DNA of 64,000 nucleotides from Armatimonadota bacterium (GTDB taxonomy: Bacteria; Armatimonadota; Chthonomonadetes; Chthonomonadales; CAJBBX01): positions 26,776-90,775 of the forward strand of contig JAPLCQ010000031.1 of the NCBI GenBank assembly GCA_026392115.1, read 5' to 3'. Position numbers and translations under genes: made by a program. Below, in pieces: positions 39,310 to 48,802 of the stretch; position 1 is the stretch's first letter; every line of letters starts with the position of its first letter. The notes beneath the pieces were generated by a model. It ran no database searches and was not told the origin of the DNA. It was given only the letters and a program-made list of their open reading frames with translations.

Positions 39310-40407
39310 ATGACTGAACGAGAGCGATTCCACGCGTGTATGCGCTACGAGGCCATGGACAAGGCTCCCCACTGGACCTGGGGCGGCTGGCCCGAGACCA
39401 TGGAGCGGTGGCGGCGCGAGGGCTTCGACGGGGCGTCCATGGACGTGCTACAGGGCGCCGACCGCGTGAACTGGGTGGGGCACTGGTTCTTCCCCAATCC
39501 TCCCTTCGAGCACCAGGTGCTGGAGGAGGACGACACGCACATCCTCTACGTCAACCACGAGGGCATCCTCATGCGTGAGATGAAGGGGAACCCCTACAGC
39601 TCCATGCCCCAGTTCGTGAAGTTCCCCGCCGAGACGCGCGAGGAGTTCCGCCGCTTCTGGTCAGAGCGGATGAAGCCCGACCTGGCCGCGCGCCTGGGCG
39701 AGGACTGGCGCGGAGTCCTGCATGGCTTGCAGTCCGACACGGCGCCGCTGGTGGTGATCTCGGACCGCTGGGGAGGCTTTTTCGGCCCGCTGCGCAACCT
39801 CGTGGGCGTCGAGCGGCTCTGTATGCTCTTCTACGACGATCCAGCCTTCATCGAGGAGATGATGGACGCCAACGCGGACTTCATCATCGCAGTCATGGGC
39901 CAGGTGCTGGACGAGATTCGTGTGGACGCCTTCGCCTTCTGGGAGGATATGGCCTACAAGACCGGCCCGCTTCTCACGCCCAGGCTGGCGCGACGGTTCA
40001 TGCTGCCACGCTACCGGCGCGTGGTGGAGTTCCTGCGCGGCAGGGGAGTGGAGTGGATCGGCTTGGACAGCGATGGGCGCATTGACGCGCTCATCCCGGT
40101 TTGGGTCGACGCCGGACTCAACTTCCTCTATCCGTTCGAGGTGCAGTCGGGCATGGACGTGCTGCAGGTGCGCCGAGAATACGGCCGCGACCTGCGCCTC
40201 TGGGGCGGGGTGGACAAGCGCGCTATGGCCGAGGGTCCGGCGGCCATCGATGCCGAGTTGGAGCGCGTGCGGCCGCTGATCGAGGAGGGCGGCTACATCC
40301 CCATGGCCGACCATTCGTGCCCGCCGGACATCAGTTGGCCCTGCTACGTCTACCACATGGCGCGGTTGCGGCAGGTCTGTTTCGAGGCCGCGCGCGCCGG
40401 AGGGTAA
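39310..40407 (+). CDS. Uroporphyrinogen-decarboxylase (URO-D)-like family protein A
   Basis: GAGGAG RBS and ATG 11 nt after the upstream stop. URO-D/MtaA-like TIM-barrel pattern (FWEDMAYKTGPLLTP..., IPMADHSCPPD). Confidence 0.6.
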   Translation: MTERERFHACMRYEAMDKAPHWTWGGWPETMERWRREGFDGASMDVLQGADRVNWVGHWFFPNPPFEHQVLEEDDTHILYVNHEGILMREMKGNPYSSMPQFVKFPAETREEFRRFWSERMKPDLAARLGEDWRGVLHGLQSDTAPLVVISDRWGGFFGPLRNLVGVERLCMLFYDDPAFIEEMMDANADFIIAVMGQVLDEIRVDAFAFWEDMAYKTGPLLTPRLARRFMLPRYRRVVEFLRGRGVEWIGLDSDGRIDALIPVWVDAGLNFLYPFEVQSGMDVLQVRREYGRDLRLWGGVDKRAMAEGPAAIDAELERVRPLIEEGGYIPMADHSCPPDISWPCYVYHMARLRQVCFEAARAGG

Positions 40408-40455
40408 GCCGCTGTAGGTGTGTTGGTTCATCTGGTCGATTTGGAGAAGTGAACG

Positions 40456-41034
40456 ATGGGCAAGCGTGTCCTTGTGATTCTGGGTCATCCCCGCGCCGAC
40501 AGCTTCTGCGGAGCCATGGCGGAGGCCTACGCCTCGGGCGCCCGCGAGGCGAGCCATGAGGTGCGCCTCCTCGCCGTGGGTGCGTTGACCTTCGACGGCA
40601 TCCTGCGGCACGGGTTCGGGCCGGAGCAGCCGCTGGAGCCCGACCTCGCCGCCGCGCAGGGCGACATCTCGTGGGCCCAGCACCTTGTGTTCGCCTACCC
40701 GATTTGGTGGGGAGCCATGCCCGCATTGCTCAAGGGCTTCATCGACCGGGTCCTGCTGCCGGGCTTCGCCTTCCGTTACCGTGAGGGCTCCCACCTGTGG
40801 GACCGCCTGCTAACCGGTCGCTCGGCCCACCTCCTCGTGACGATGGATTCGCCGCCATGGTACTACTCGCTCTTCTCGCGCGCGCCGGGCCACAACCAGA
40901 TGAAGCGATCCATCCTGGGGTTCTGCGGCGTGGCGCCGGTGCGGATCAGCAGCTTCGGCCCGGTGCGGAGCAGCAGTCGGGAGAAGCGCGAGGGCTGGCT
41001 GGGTCAGGCGAAGGCCCTCGGCAGGGGCGCTTAG
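40456..41034 (+). CDS. NAD(P)H-dependent oxidoreductase, flavodoxin-like fold (quinone reductase family)
   Basis: MGKRVLVILGHPRADSFCGAMA..., YPIWWGAMPALLKGFIDR. Confidence 0.8.
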   Translation: MGKRVLVILGHPRADSFCGAMAEAYASGAREASHEVRLLAVGALTFDGILRHGFGPEQPLEPDLAAAQGDISWAQHLVFAYPIWWGAMPALLKGFIDRVLLPGFAFRYREGSHLWDRLLTGRSAHLLVTMDSPPWYYSLFSRAPGHNQMKRSILGFCGVAPVRISSFGPVRSSSREKREGWLGQAKALGRGA

Positions 41035-41036
41035 GC

Positions 41037-41067
41037 ATCGGCCCCGTGCGCCGGGCACGGGGCCGAT
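41037..41067. terminator. Bidirectional terminator hairpin between convergent genes
   Basis: 13-bp perfect stem atcggccccgtgc (41037-41049) / gcacggggccgat (41055-41067), with a 5-nt loop. Confidence 0.55.
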
Positions 41068-41081
41068 AGGCGTGCGGCCGG

Positions 41082-42413
41082 TTAGTAGTTGCCCCAGGTC
41101 TCGGCCTGGAGGATGTAGCTTGCCGCCAGGTCCACCTGCGCATCGGTGGGGTTGTCGAACAGGAGCAAGGCGGAGGCCTCCGGCGTGAACCGCGTGCCCG
41201 GCGCGTCGATGCGGATTCCGCGCAGGTAGGTCACATGCATGCGGTCCAGCGCTTCGTCGGCATCGCAGGCGACGCCGGCCTGGTCGGTGGTGATGTCCTC
41301 GATGAACGACTGGATGCCCGCCCGCTTGAAGCAGCGGCCGATGTTGAGGGTGTAGGTGATCTTCTGCAGCGCCGGGCGCGAGACCTGGATGCCGTTCATG
41401 TCGGCGTAGAGGGCCATGGCGTCGGTCATCTGCATCACGGTGAGGCCGGCGTCGTCCCTGCCCTCGATCTCGGCCCAGAGGGCCCGCACCAGCCTCTCCC
41501 GGTCGACCCAGGGGACCATGGGCACGCGCTTGTTCTGCAGCACGCCGCGATAGTACTGCGCCAGAGTCGCCGCCGAAGCCGCCGGCGCCGCCTGCTTGCC
41601 CTGGTCGGCCGGTGCGGCGGCGCTTGTGTTGCCGGGCGCCGCAGCCAGAGCCTCGATGACGACGTCCATCCCCTGCATTCCCGCGATGCGAACGATCCCG
41701 TGCTCCTCGGCGGCCTCGACGAAGCCCTTGAAGGTGCGGAAGCCCAGGTTCTTCGCCTCGAAGGTGGGCTGGATGCGGCGCATCATCTGGGCCGTGTTGG
41801 CGCCGGTGCAGGTAAGACCCTGGTTGGCCACGCTCTCCAGCGCACGGAGGAGCGTCTCGCGGGCGCGGTCCATCTCGTCCATCACGGCCGGGGTCTCGGG
41901 TTCGGCGGTCTCGGTCGTACTGCTGGTTTCGTCTGCCCTCGGCAGCAGGTCGTCGTAGTACCAGTAGGCATCGCACAGGCGGGCAAGGGAGCCGCTGATG
42001 CTGCCCTTCAGGCCAATTCCGATGAGCTGCTTCGTATATCGTTTGAGTTTCTGGACCAGCGGCACGTAATCCCGGTCGCCGGAGCCGACGATCACCACAT
42101 CGGGGCCGGCCGGCAGGAGGGCCATCTCCATGGCGTCCAGGGCGAGTTGCATGTCGGCGGTGTTCTTGCCCTTGGCGTCCGTGGAGAGGAGCGCCATTTC
42201 GACCCCCGCCTTCATCAGATCGCGCTTGGTGCTCTGGAGGTAGGGGCGCGTGAAGTCGCCATAGGCCCGGGCGACGACCATGCGCCCTTCGGTTCGGGCT
42301 CTGGCAATAATAAGATTGACGTCAAAATCGAGTCCTTGCTGCATGGCATGAATACACAGGTTTTCGACGTCCAGGTAGACGGCCACGCGTCCATCGCCAA
42401 GTTCAACGGGCAT
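41082..42413 (-). CDS. NYN (LabA/PIN-like RNase) domain protein with C-terminal OST-HTH/LOTUS-like repeats
   Basis: AAGGAG RBS. N-terminus VAVYLDVENL...IVGSGDRDYVPLVQKLK is the NYN pattern. The C-terminal part has repeated roughly 70-aa helical modules. The longer ORF from 42614 is discounted. Confidence 0.65.
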   Translation of the reverse strand: MPVELGDGRVAVYLDVENLCIHAMQQGLDFDVNLIIARARTEGRMVVARAYGDFTRPYLQSTKRDLMKAGVEMALLSTDAKGKNTADMQLALDAMEMALLPAGPDVVIVGSGDRDYVPLVQKLKRYTKQLIGIGLKGSISGSLARLCDAYWYYDDLLPRADETSSTTETAEPETPAVMDEMDRARETLLRALESVANQGLTCTGANTAQMMRRIQPTFEAKNLGFRTFKGFVEAAEEHGIVRIAGMQGMDVVIEALAAAPGNTSAAAPADQGKQAAPAASAATLAQYYRGVLQNKRVPMVPWVDRERLVRALWAEIEGRDDAGLTVMQMTDAMALYADMNGIQVSRPALQKITYTLNIGRCFKRAGIQSFIEDITTDQAGVACDADEALDRMHVTYLRGIRIDAPGTRFTPEASALLLFDNPTDAQVDLAASYILQAETWGNY

Positions 42414-42542
42414 AGGGTCTCCTTCAGCGGTCTGAGAGCCGCTCGGTCGGTGGCTGTCGCCGCAAGCGCGGAGGAATACAGCCGGTCCCTGTAGAATGGC
42501 ATAACCACGGCCGAACGATGGCCGAACCCGACTGGAGGCAGC

Positions 42543-43814
42543 ATGCCGGAGCCAACGGTACTGGTGATCGGCGGCGGACCGGCAGGCCTGCTGGCGGCGG
42601 GCCGGTCGGCCCAATGCGGCGCCCGCACGCTACTGCTGGAAAAGGGGCCCAAGACCGGCCGCAAGCTGCGGATGACCGGCAAGGGCCGCTGCAACATCAC
42701 GAATACGACAACCCCGCGCGGCTTCGTCGATGCCTTCGGGCCCAAGGGGCGCTTCCTCTACGGCCCGCTGAGCCGCTTCTTCCGTGACGATATTCTGGGC
42801 ATCCTCGCGTCGCGCGGCGTCGAGGTGAAGGCCGAGCGCGGCGGGCGCGTCTTCCCGGCGTCGGACAGCGCGCTCGATGTCGCCGCGGCTCTGGAGGAGT
42901 GGGCGGCCGATGCCGGTTCGCAGCTGCGCCGTCTCGCGTGCGTCGACCGGATCGTGGTAGACGAGCAGGGCGTCGCCGGCGTGGGCCTGGGAGACCAGGT
43001 CATCCATGGCCGAGCGGCCATCATCTGCACCGGCGGGGCATCCTATCCCGGTACGGGCTCCGCGGGTGACGGCTACCGCCTGGCCGGCGCGTTGGGCCAC
43101 GCCATTGTGGAGCCTACGCCGGCGCTCTCGGCCGTCATCACCATGGAGCCCTGGGTCGGACGTCTGTCCGGCTTGGCGCTGCGCAACGTGGAGGTCTCCA
43201 TCGGCTCACCGCCTGCCGATGGCGTCTTCCGGCCCGTGGCGTCGCGCTTCGGCGAGATGCTCTTTACGCACGAGGGGCTTTCGGGTCCAGTGGTCCTCAC
43301 CCTGAGCCGTGAGGCCCCGGCGCTGCTCCGCACGGGCGGCGCCCAGATGCGCATCGACCTGAAGCCCGCGCTGACGCCCGAGCAGCTCCACACGCGTTTC
43401 ATACGCGACTGGCGCAAGCCCCAGCACTTCAAGAACTACCTGAAGGAGCTTCTGCCGCTCTCCATGCTGGAGGTCTTTCCGGACCTGGCGGGTATCCCGC
43501 CGTCGCTGCCCGTACATCAGATCACCGCCGAGATGCGCCACCGGCTGGTGGCCACGCTGAAGGGGCTGCCCGTCACCATTCGGCGCATGGCCGCGCTGGA
43601 GCACGCCATCGTCACCGCCGGCGGCGTGGCCCTGGGCGAGGTGGATTCGAAGACCATGATGTCCCGCAAGGTGGCCGGCCTATACTTCGCCGGCGAGGTG
43701 CTGGACCTGGATGCCGAGACCGGTGGGTACAACCTGCAGGCGGCCTTCTCGACGGGCTGGGTTGCGGGCTCCTGCGCCGCCGAGCGCGTGCTGTCGCTGG
43801 AATCCGAGGAGTGA
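42543..43814 (+). CDS. HI0933/BaiN-like FAD-dependent oxidoreductase
   Basis: VLVIGGGPAGLLAAGRSAQCG dinucleotide-binding motif, GRCNITN, and C-terminal GLYFAGEVLDLDAETGGYNLQ. Confidence 0.85.
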   Translation: MPEPTVLVIGGGPAGLLAAGRSAQCGARTLLLEKGPKTGRKLRMTGKGRCNITNTTTPRGFVDAFGPKGRFLYGPLSRFFRDDILGILASRGVEVKAERGGRVFPASDSALDVAAALEEWAADAGSQLRRLACVDRIVVDEQGVAGVGLGDQVIHGRAAIICTGGASYPGTGSAGDGYRLAGALGHAIVEPTPALSAVITMEPWVGRLSGLALRNVEVSIGSPPADGVFRPVASRFGEMLFTHEGLSGPVVLTLSREAPALLRTGGAQMRIDLKPALTPEQLHTRFIRDWRKPQHFKNYLKELLPLSMLEVFPDLAGIPPSLPVHQITAEMRHRLVATLKGLPVTIRRMAALEHAIVTAGGVALGEVDSKTMMSRKVAGLYFAGEVLDLDAETGGYNLQAAFSTGWVAGSCAAERVLSLESEE

Positions 43815-44770
43815 TGGATATGGATAGCCGTGAGATCGTGCTGCGGGCCATCGAGTTCCGCGACCCGCCGCGCCTGCCGATCAACTACTGCAACCGCGAC
43901 TTCGAGTGCTCCGATGTGCTGGCCAGCGGGGCCGGTCCCGATGCCTCGTTCCGTGCCGCGGAGCCGGGCATGACCGAGTGGGGCTACGTCTGGGGCAGCC
44001 TGGACCAGACCATGGGCCAGCCGCACGGCCACCCGCTGGCCGACGCCGCGCGCATCGCGGACTACCGTCGGCCTCTCGGCACAGACCCCTCGCGCTATGC
44101 CCACCTTCCGGGCTGGATCGCCGAGAATCGAAGCAAGTTCCTGCGCGCCTCGGTGGGGATCAGCGGCTTCAACCAGGCGACCTTCCTGCGTGGCTTCGAG
44201 GCGTTCCTGGAGGACCTCTACACGGATCCGGCCCGAGCCGGGGCCATCCTCGACATGGTCTTCGATTTCGAGAACGAACTGATCGAGCGTTACTGCGCAC
44301 TGGATGTGGACTGCGTCGTCTTCGGCGACGATTGGGGCACGCAGAACGGCCTGATCATCTCGCCCGCCAAGTGGCGGAAGGTCTTCAAGCCTCGCTACGC
44401 CGAGCAGTTCGCCGCCATCCGTGCGGCGGGCAAGAGGGTCTGGTTCCACTGCTGCGGCAACATCCGCGACATCATCGGCGACTTCATCGACATCGGCGTG
44501 GACGTGCTCGAGTTTCTACAGCCGGATGTCTTCGGAGTCGAATGGCTGGCCCGGGAGTTCGGCGGCAAGGTCTGCTTCTGCTGCTCCGTGGACCACCAGC
44601 GGCTGGCCGTGCAGGGCACTGAGCAAGAGATCAAGGAGTACGCCCGCATGCTCAAGGATGAGCTTGGAGGGTTCGGCGGCGGCCTCATCGGCTACGTAGA
44701 GGACTACCGATCGCTGGGCATGACCGAGCAGAACTACCAGTGGATACGCCAGGCGTTCCACAGCCTGTAG
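43811..44770 (+). CDS. Uroporphyrinogen-decarboxylase (URO-D)-like family protein B
   Basis: The start overlaps the upstream stop (GTGATG). FGDDWGTQNGLIISPAKWRKVFKPRY and WFHCCGNIRDII are typical of the URO-D-like family. Confidence 0.65.
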   Translation: MMDMDSREIVLRAIEFRDPPRLPINYCNRDFECSDVLASGAGPDASFRAAEPGMTEWGYVWGSLDQTMGQPHGHPLADAARIADYRRPLGTDPSRYAHLPGWIAENRSKFLRASVGISGFNQATFLRGFEAFLEDLYTDPARAGAILDMVFDFENELIERYCALDVDCVVFGDDWGTQNGLIISPAKWRKVFKPRYAEQFAAIRAAGKRVWFHCCGNIRDIIGDFIDIGVDVLEFLQPDVFGVEWLAREFGGKVCFCCSVDHQRLAVQGTEQEIKEYARMLKDELGGFGGGLIGYVEDYRSLGMTEQNYQWIRQAFHSL

Positions 44771-44806
44771 GGGCGCTCTGCCCCGGTGCAACCGAAAGGA
44801 CGAACC

Positions 44807-46135
44807 ATGATCGACCCTAGAAACCCAGAGCCGCCCGACGGCCTCTCGCGGCGCGGCCTCTTCCAGGCGGCGGCGGCCGGGGCCGCGGCCGTCTTCATGC
44901 CCGCGGTGGTGCCGGCCTCCGCCCTGGGGCGCGGCGGCGCCGTTGCGCCCAGCAACCGGATCGTCATGGGGCATATCGGAGTCGGCGGTCAGGGTATGCA
45001 GCACGTCGTGGGCGGCGTCTGGACCCAGACGGGCGGCATGACCGGCCGCGACGACGTCCATGTGGTCGCGGTTTGCGATGTGAACCGCCAGCGGCTGGAG
45101 AACGCCCGCGACCAGGTGAACCAGCGCTACGGCGATAAGGGCTGCTCCACCTACCGCGATTTCCGTTCGCTACTGGCGCGGCCGGACATCGATGCGGTAC
45201 TCATTGCCACCGGTGAGCGCTGGCACCCGCTCATCTCGATGTACGCCGCCCGGGCGGGCAAGGACATCTACTGCGAGAAGCCGCTCTCGGTCACCATCGA
45301 GGAGGCGCTGGCCGTTCGGCGCGTGGTCGACCGGAATGGCGTTATCTTACAGATGGGGACCCAGCAGCGCTCGAGCCACGCCTTCCGGCACGCCTGCGAA
45401 CTGGTGCGGAACGGCCACATCGGCACGCTGCGCGAGGTGGTCATCGGCGTCGGCGGACCGGCGGGCTACAAGGACTGCCACCTGCCCGAGGAGCCCGTGC
45501 CGGAGTACCTGGACTACGACATGTGGCTGGGGCCCGCGCCGTGGCGCCCCTACAACTCGAGCCTGGTGAATGGTTGGATGGCCTGGCGCGACTTCAGCGG
45601 TGGCGAGATGACCAACTGGGGGGCCCACCACTTCGACATCGGCCAATGGGGCATCGGCATGGACAACAGCGGGCCCGTTGAGGTCCACCCGCCCGACGGC
45701 AAGGAGACCAAGGTACTGACCTACCGCTACGCCAACGGCGTCCTGATGACCCGCGACACCGACCGCACCTACCGCGAGTCGCCCGACGGCAACGGCGTGA
45801 TCTTCGTTGGCACAAAGGGGAAGATCGCAGTCTGGCGTTACGACCTGAAGACCTGGCCCGACGCCCTGAAGAAGCACGTCACGGGGCCCGGCGAAGTGCG
45901 GCTGCACTCCTCCGACAACCATCACTCGGACTTTCTCGACTCGGTGCGGACGCGCCGCCAGCCCAACTGCCCGGCGTCCGTGGGCGCGCGCTCCATCACC
46001 GTCGGGCATCTGGGCAACATCGCCTACGAGCTCAACAGGCCGATCCAGTGGGACCCGCAGTCGGAGCGGTTCGTCAACGATCCCGAGGCCACCCGGCTGA
46101 TGTCGCGACCCATGCGCGCGCCCTGGCGCCTGTAG
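44807..46135 (+). CDS. Gfo/Idh/MocA-family oxidoreductase with a twin-arginine (Tat) signal
   Basis: SRRGLFQAAAAGAAAVFMP Tat motif, a Rossmann-type segment MGHIGVGGQG, and EKPLS. Confidence 0.85.
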   Translation: MIDPRNPEPPDGLSRRGLFQAAAAGAAAVFMPAVVPASALGRGGAVAPSNRIVMGHIGVGGQGMQHVVGGVWTQTGGMTGRDDVHVVAVCDVNRQRLENARDQVNQRYGDKGCSTYRDFRSLLARPDIDAVLIATGERWHPLISMYAARAGKDIYCEKPLSVTIEEALAVRRVVDRNGVILQMGTQQRSSHAFRHACELVRNGHIGTLREVVIGVGGPAGYKDCHLPEEPVPEYLDYDMWLGPAPWRPYNSSLVNGWMAWRDFSGGEMTNWGAHHFDIGQWGIGMDNSGPVEVHPPDGKETKVLTYRYANGVLMTRDTDRTYRESPDGNGVIFVGTKGKIAVWRYDLKTWPDALKKHVTGPGEVRLHSSDNHHSDFLDSVRTRRQPNCPASVGARSITVGHLGNIAYELNRPIQWDPQSERFVNDPEATRLMSRPMRAPWRL

Positions 46136-46144
46136 GAGGCAACC

Positions 46145-48691
46145 ATGAGACCCTATGCGCTGATCGCAACCGCGGCCTGTCTCGCCTGTGGGATAGCCAC
46201 CCACGCTCAGACGACGGCGCCCGCTCCGCCGCCTCCGCCGTTGCCCGATGCCGTGGCGCAACTCAAGGAGTGGCGCTTCCGTGCGGACCGCTCCCTGCTC
46301 GACGGCATCGCCACCCGCGTGGCCGAGTCGCGCGCCACGGCTGCCTCCCGCCGAGAGGCGGCCGCCCTGCTGGCCTCGGTGCTTCGGTCGCCTGCCGCCT
46401 TCGATGCCAAGCAGTTCGCCTGCCGTCAGCTCGTGCTGGTTGGGGGCAACGCCGAGGTGCCGTGGTTGGTTCCGTTGCTCTCCGACAGCCGGCTGGCCGA
46501 GTACGCGTTGCAGGTTCTGTTGCACGTGCCGGGCGACGCTTCCACCTCGGCCCTGATCCGCGCCGCGCAGGCGGCGGGGCCGGCTCGGCTGGGCGCCATC
46601 GCGGTGCTGGGCCAGCGGCGAGACCTGCGCGCCTTGCCGACGCTGACGGCCGTCATGTCCGGCGGCGACGCGCAGGCCGCATGGAGCGCCGCCGCATCGC
46701 TCGCCGCCATCGGCGGGTCCGACGCCTGCTCGGCGGTGCAGAATGCCTACCGCCTGGCTCCGCCCGCATGGCGCCGCGTCATGGCCGAGCGCCTCCTCGC
46801 CTGCGCTGAGGACTGCCTCAAGCGGGGCGACATGGGTCTCGGCAGGGCCATTCTGTCGAGGCTCGAGGCCGACCCGGCCGCCGCCGCCCTGCGCCCCGCG
46901 CTGTTGCTGTTTGCCGTGCGGGCCATGCCCGAGACCGCCGGTCCTAGGCTGGTGGCCGCCATGCGACAGGAGGGTTCCCGGACCCAGCGCGCGGCGGCGC
47001 AGGCCCTGCGGTTGCTGCCCGGCGCCACGGCCGGGGCGCTCCTGTCGGCGGAACTGCCCAAACTGGGACCGAACGGCCGCGCACTGGCGCTCTACGCCCT
47101 GGCCGAGGTCAACGGTTCCGCTGCCACGTCGGCGGTGGCGACCCTGTTGCGCGACCCCGTGCCCTCGGTTCGGCAGGCCGCGGCACGGACGCTGGGCGCC
47201 ATCGGCGGCGCCAAGGCCGTGGCACCGCTCCTCGACGTGGCGGCAGCCGGAGGCGCGGAGGCAGGCGCGGCGCGGACGGCGCTTGGTTCCATGCGCGGCA
47301 GCGACGTGGAGCCGGGCCTTCTCGCCGCCATGCAGGCCGGGACGCCTGCTCGCCGGGCGGCAGCGCTGAGCGTGCTTGGCGACCGGCGCTCGCCGGCCGT
47401 TAAGCCGCGCCTACTGGCCGCGGCCGCATCGAAGGACGCGCCTGTGCGCCAGGCCGCGCTGCGCATCCTGCGCCAGATCGGTGAGCCGTCGCTGGCGCCG
47501 AATCTGGTCAGCCTGATGCTGGCCAACCCGGCGGGCTCGCGGGATGAGATCGCAGCCACGCTGGCCGACGTTGCCCGCCGCGGACAGACCGAGGTCGAGC
47601 GCACCGGTGCGCTGGAGGCATCCGCGTCCACATCCAAGGGACAGGACCTGGCCGACGTGCTGGGCGTACTGGCCGATGTGGGCGGGCCGGGCGCCCTGAA
47701 GGCCCTTCGATCCGGGCTCAAGGACGCTGCGCCCGAGGTCCGGCGCGTGGCGCTGACCCGGCTGGCCGATTGGCCCTCCGATGAGCCCATGTCCGAGCTG
47801 CTGGCCGAGGCCGGCGGGGCCGAAGCGCAGCGCGACCGCACGGTGGCGCTGCGCGGCTACATCCGGATGATCGGCATGGACGTCAGCCGCAAGCCCGAGG
47901 CAACGGTGCAGCTCTACCGCAACGCGGCCAATCTGGCGCGTACCGCGGCTGACCGACGCATGGTGCTCTCCGGGCTGGGCGGACTGCCGAGCCCCATCGC
48001 GCTGGGGATGGCCTCCGAGATGGTGTCGGACCCCGAGCTTCGAGGCGAGGCCGAGCTGGCGCTGGTTTCCATCGGCCGGGCGACGGCAGGTGCTTGGCGA
48101 TCCGAGACGCGCGCCTGCATGGCGTTACTGGCGACATCGGCCGGCGACGACGCCGTCAAGACCAAGGCAGCCGCCATCGTTGAGCTGGTGGACCGGTTCG
48201 GCGACTTCGTCACGGCCTGGAAGGTCTCTCCCGCCTACACCAAGGAGGGCGTCACCTTCCCTGCCATCTTCGACGAGCCCTTCGCGCCGGAGCTGCCAGG
48301 CGCCGCGGACGGTGTGCCGTGGCGGGTGATGCCTGCCGGAGGCGCCGCCGACCAGCCCTGGTTGATGGACCTGCTGGCCGTGCTGGGCGGTGAACAGCGC
48401 GTGGCCTACCTGGTGACCCGCGTGCAGAGCGACCGCGAACAGCCCCTTCTGCTCCAAGTCGGCAGCGACGACGGACCCAAGGTCTGGTGGAACGGCGAGG
48501 TTGTTCTGTCGCACAACCAGCCCCGCGCCTGCGCCCCGGATCAGGACCGCGCCGCGGTGACCGCCCGGCGGGGCTGGAACACGCTCATGGTGAAGGTCCC
48601 GCAGAACGTCATGGGCTGGGGCGTCTGCGTTCGGGCGGCGAAGCCCGACGGCACGGCCGCCGAGGGGCTGACGTTTGCGGTTCCCGAGTAA
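46145..48691 (+). CDS. Secreted HEAT-repeat protein with a C-terminal beta-sandwich-like domain
   Basis: AGGAGG RBS and a signal peptide. About 600 aa of Ala/Leu/Arg-rich HEAT/PBS-lyase-like repeats (...PVRQAALRIL...). The C-terminal roughly 190 aa is non-repetitive. Confidence 0.7.
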   Translation: MRPYALIATAACLACGIATHAQTTAPAPPPPPLPDAVAQLKEWRFRADRSLLDGIATRVAESRATAASRREAAALLASVLRSPAAFDAKQFACRQLVLVGGNAEVPWLVPLLSDSRLAEYALQVLLHVPGDASTSALIRAAQAAGPARLGAIAVLGQRRDLRALPTLTAVMSGGDAQAAWSAAASLAAIGGSDACSAVQNAYRLAPPAWRRVMAERLLACAEDCLKRGDMGLGRAILSRLEADPAAAALRPALLLFAVRAMPETAGPRLVAAMRQEGSRTQRAAAQALRLLPGATAGALLSAELPKLGPNGRALALYALAEVNGSAATSAVATLLRDPVPSVRQAAARTLGAIGGAKAVAPLLDVAAAGGAEAGAARTALGSMRGSDVEPGLLAAMQAGTPARRAAALSVLGDRRSPAVKPRLLAAAASKDAPVRQAALRILRQIGEPSLAPNLVSLMLANPAGSRDEIAATLADVARRGQTEVERTGALEASASTSKGQDLADVLGVLADVGGPGALKALRSGLKDAAPEVRRVALTRLADWPSDEPMSELLAEAGGAEAQRDRTVALRGYIRMIGMDVSRKPEATVQLYRNAANLARTAADRRMVLSGLGGLPSPIALGMASEMVSDPELRGEAELALVSIGRATAGAWRSETRACMALLATSAGDDAVKTKAAAIVELVDRFGDFVTAWKVSPAYTKEGVTFPAIFDEPFAPELPGAADGVPWRVMPAGGAADQPWLMDLLAVLGGEQRVAYLVTRVQSDREQPLLLQVGSDDGPKVWWNGEVVLSHNQPRACAPDQDRAAVTARRGWNTLMVKVPQNVMGWGVCVRAAKPDGTAAEGLTFAVPE

Positions 48692-48696
48692 AGGCA

Positions 48697-48745
48697 GTGT
48701 AAAGTCTAAAGCCGCAAGTCTAAAGTCTAAAGTCCGAAGTTCAGA
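48697..48745. repeat. Degenerate heptamer tandem array (7 x 7 nt, consensus GTCTAAA)
   Basis: gtgtaaa gtctaaa gccgcaa gtctaaa gtctaaa gtccgaa gttcaga. It starts 6 nt after the HEAT gene stop and is AT-rich relative to its surroundings. Confidence 0.85.
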
Positions 48746-48766
48746 GGCTACGGTCATGCCGTACGG

Positions 48767-48801
48767 GCGGCGGCGCGGCGTTGGGGTGCGCCGCCGCTTT
48801 T
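48767..48801 (+). terminator. Rho-independent terminator (10-bp GC stem plus T-tract)
   Basis: gcggcggcgc (48767-48776) / gcgccgccgc (48788-48797) followed by tttt. It abuts the stop of the convergent HD gene. Confidence 0.75.
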
Positions 48802-48802
48802 G

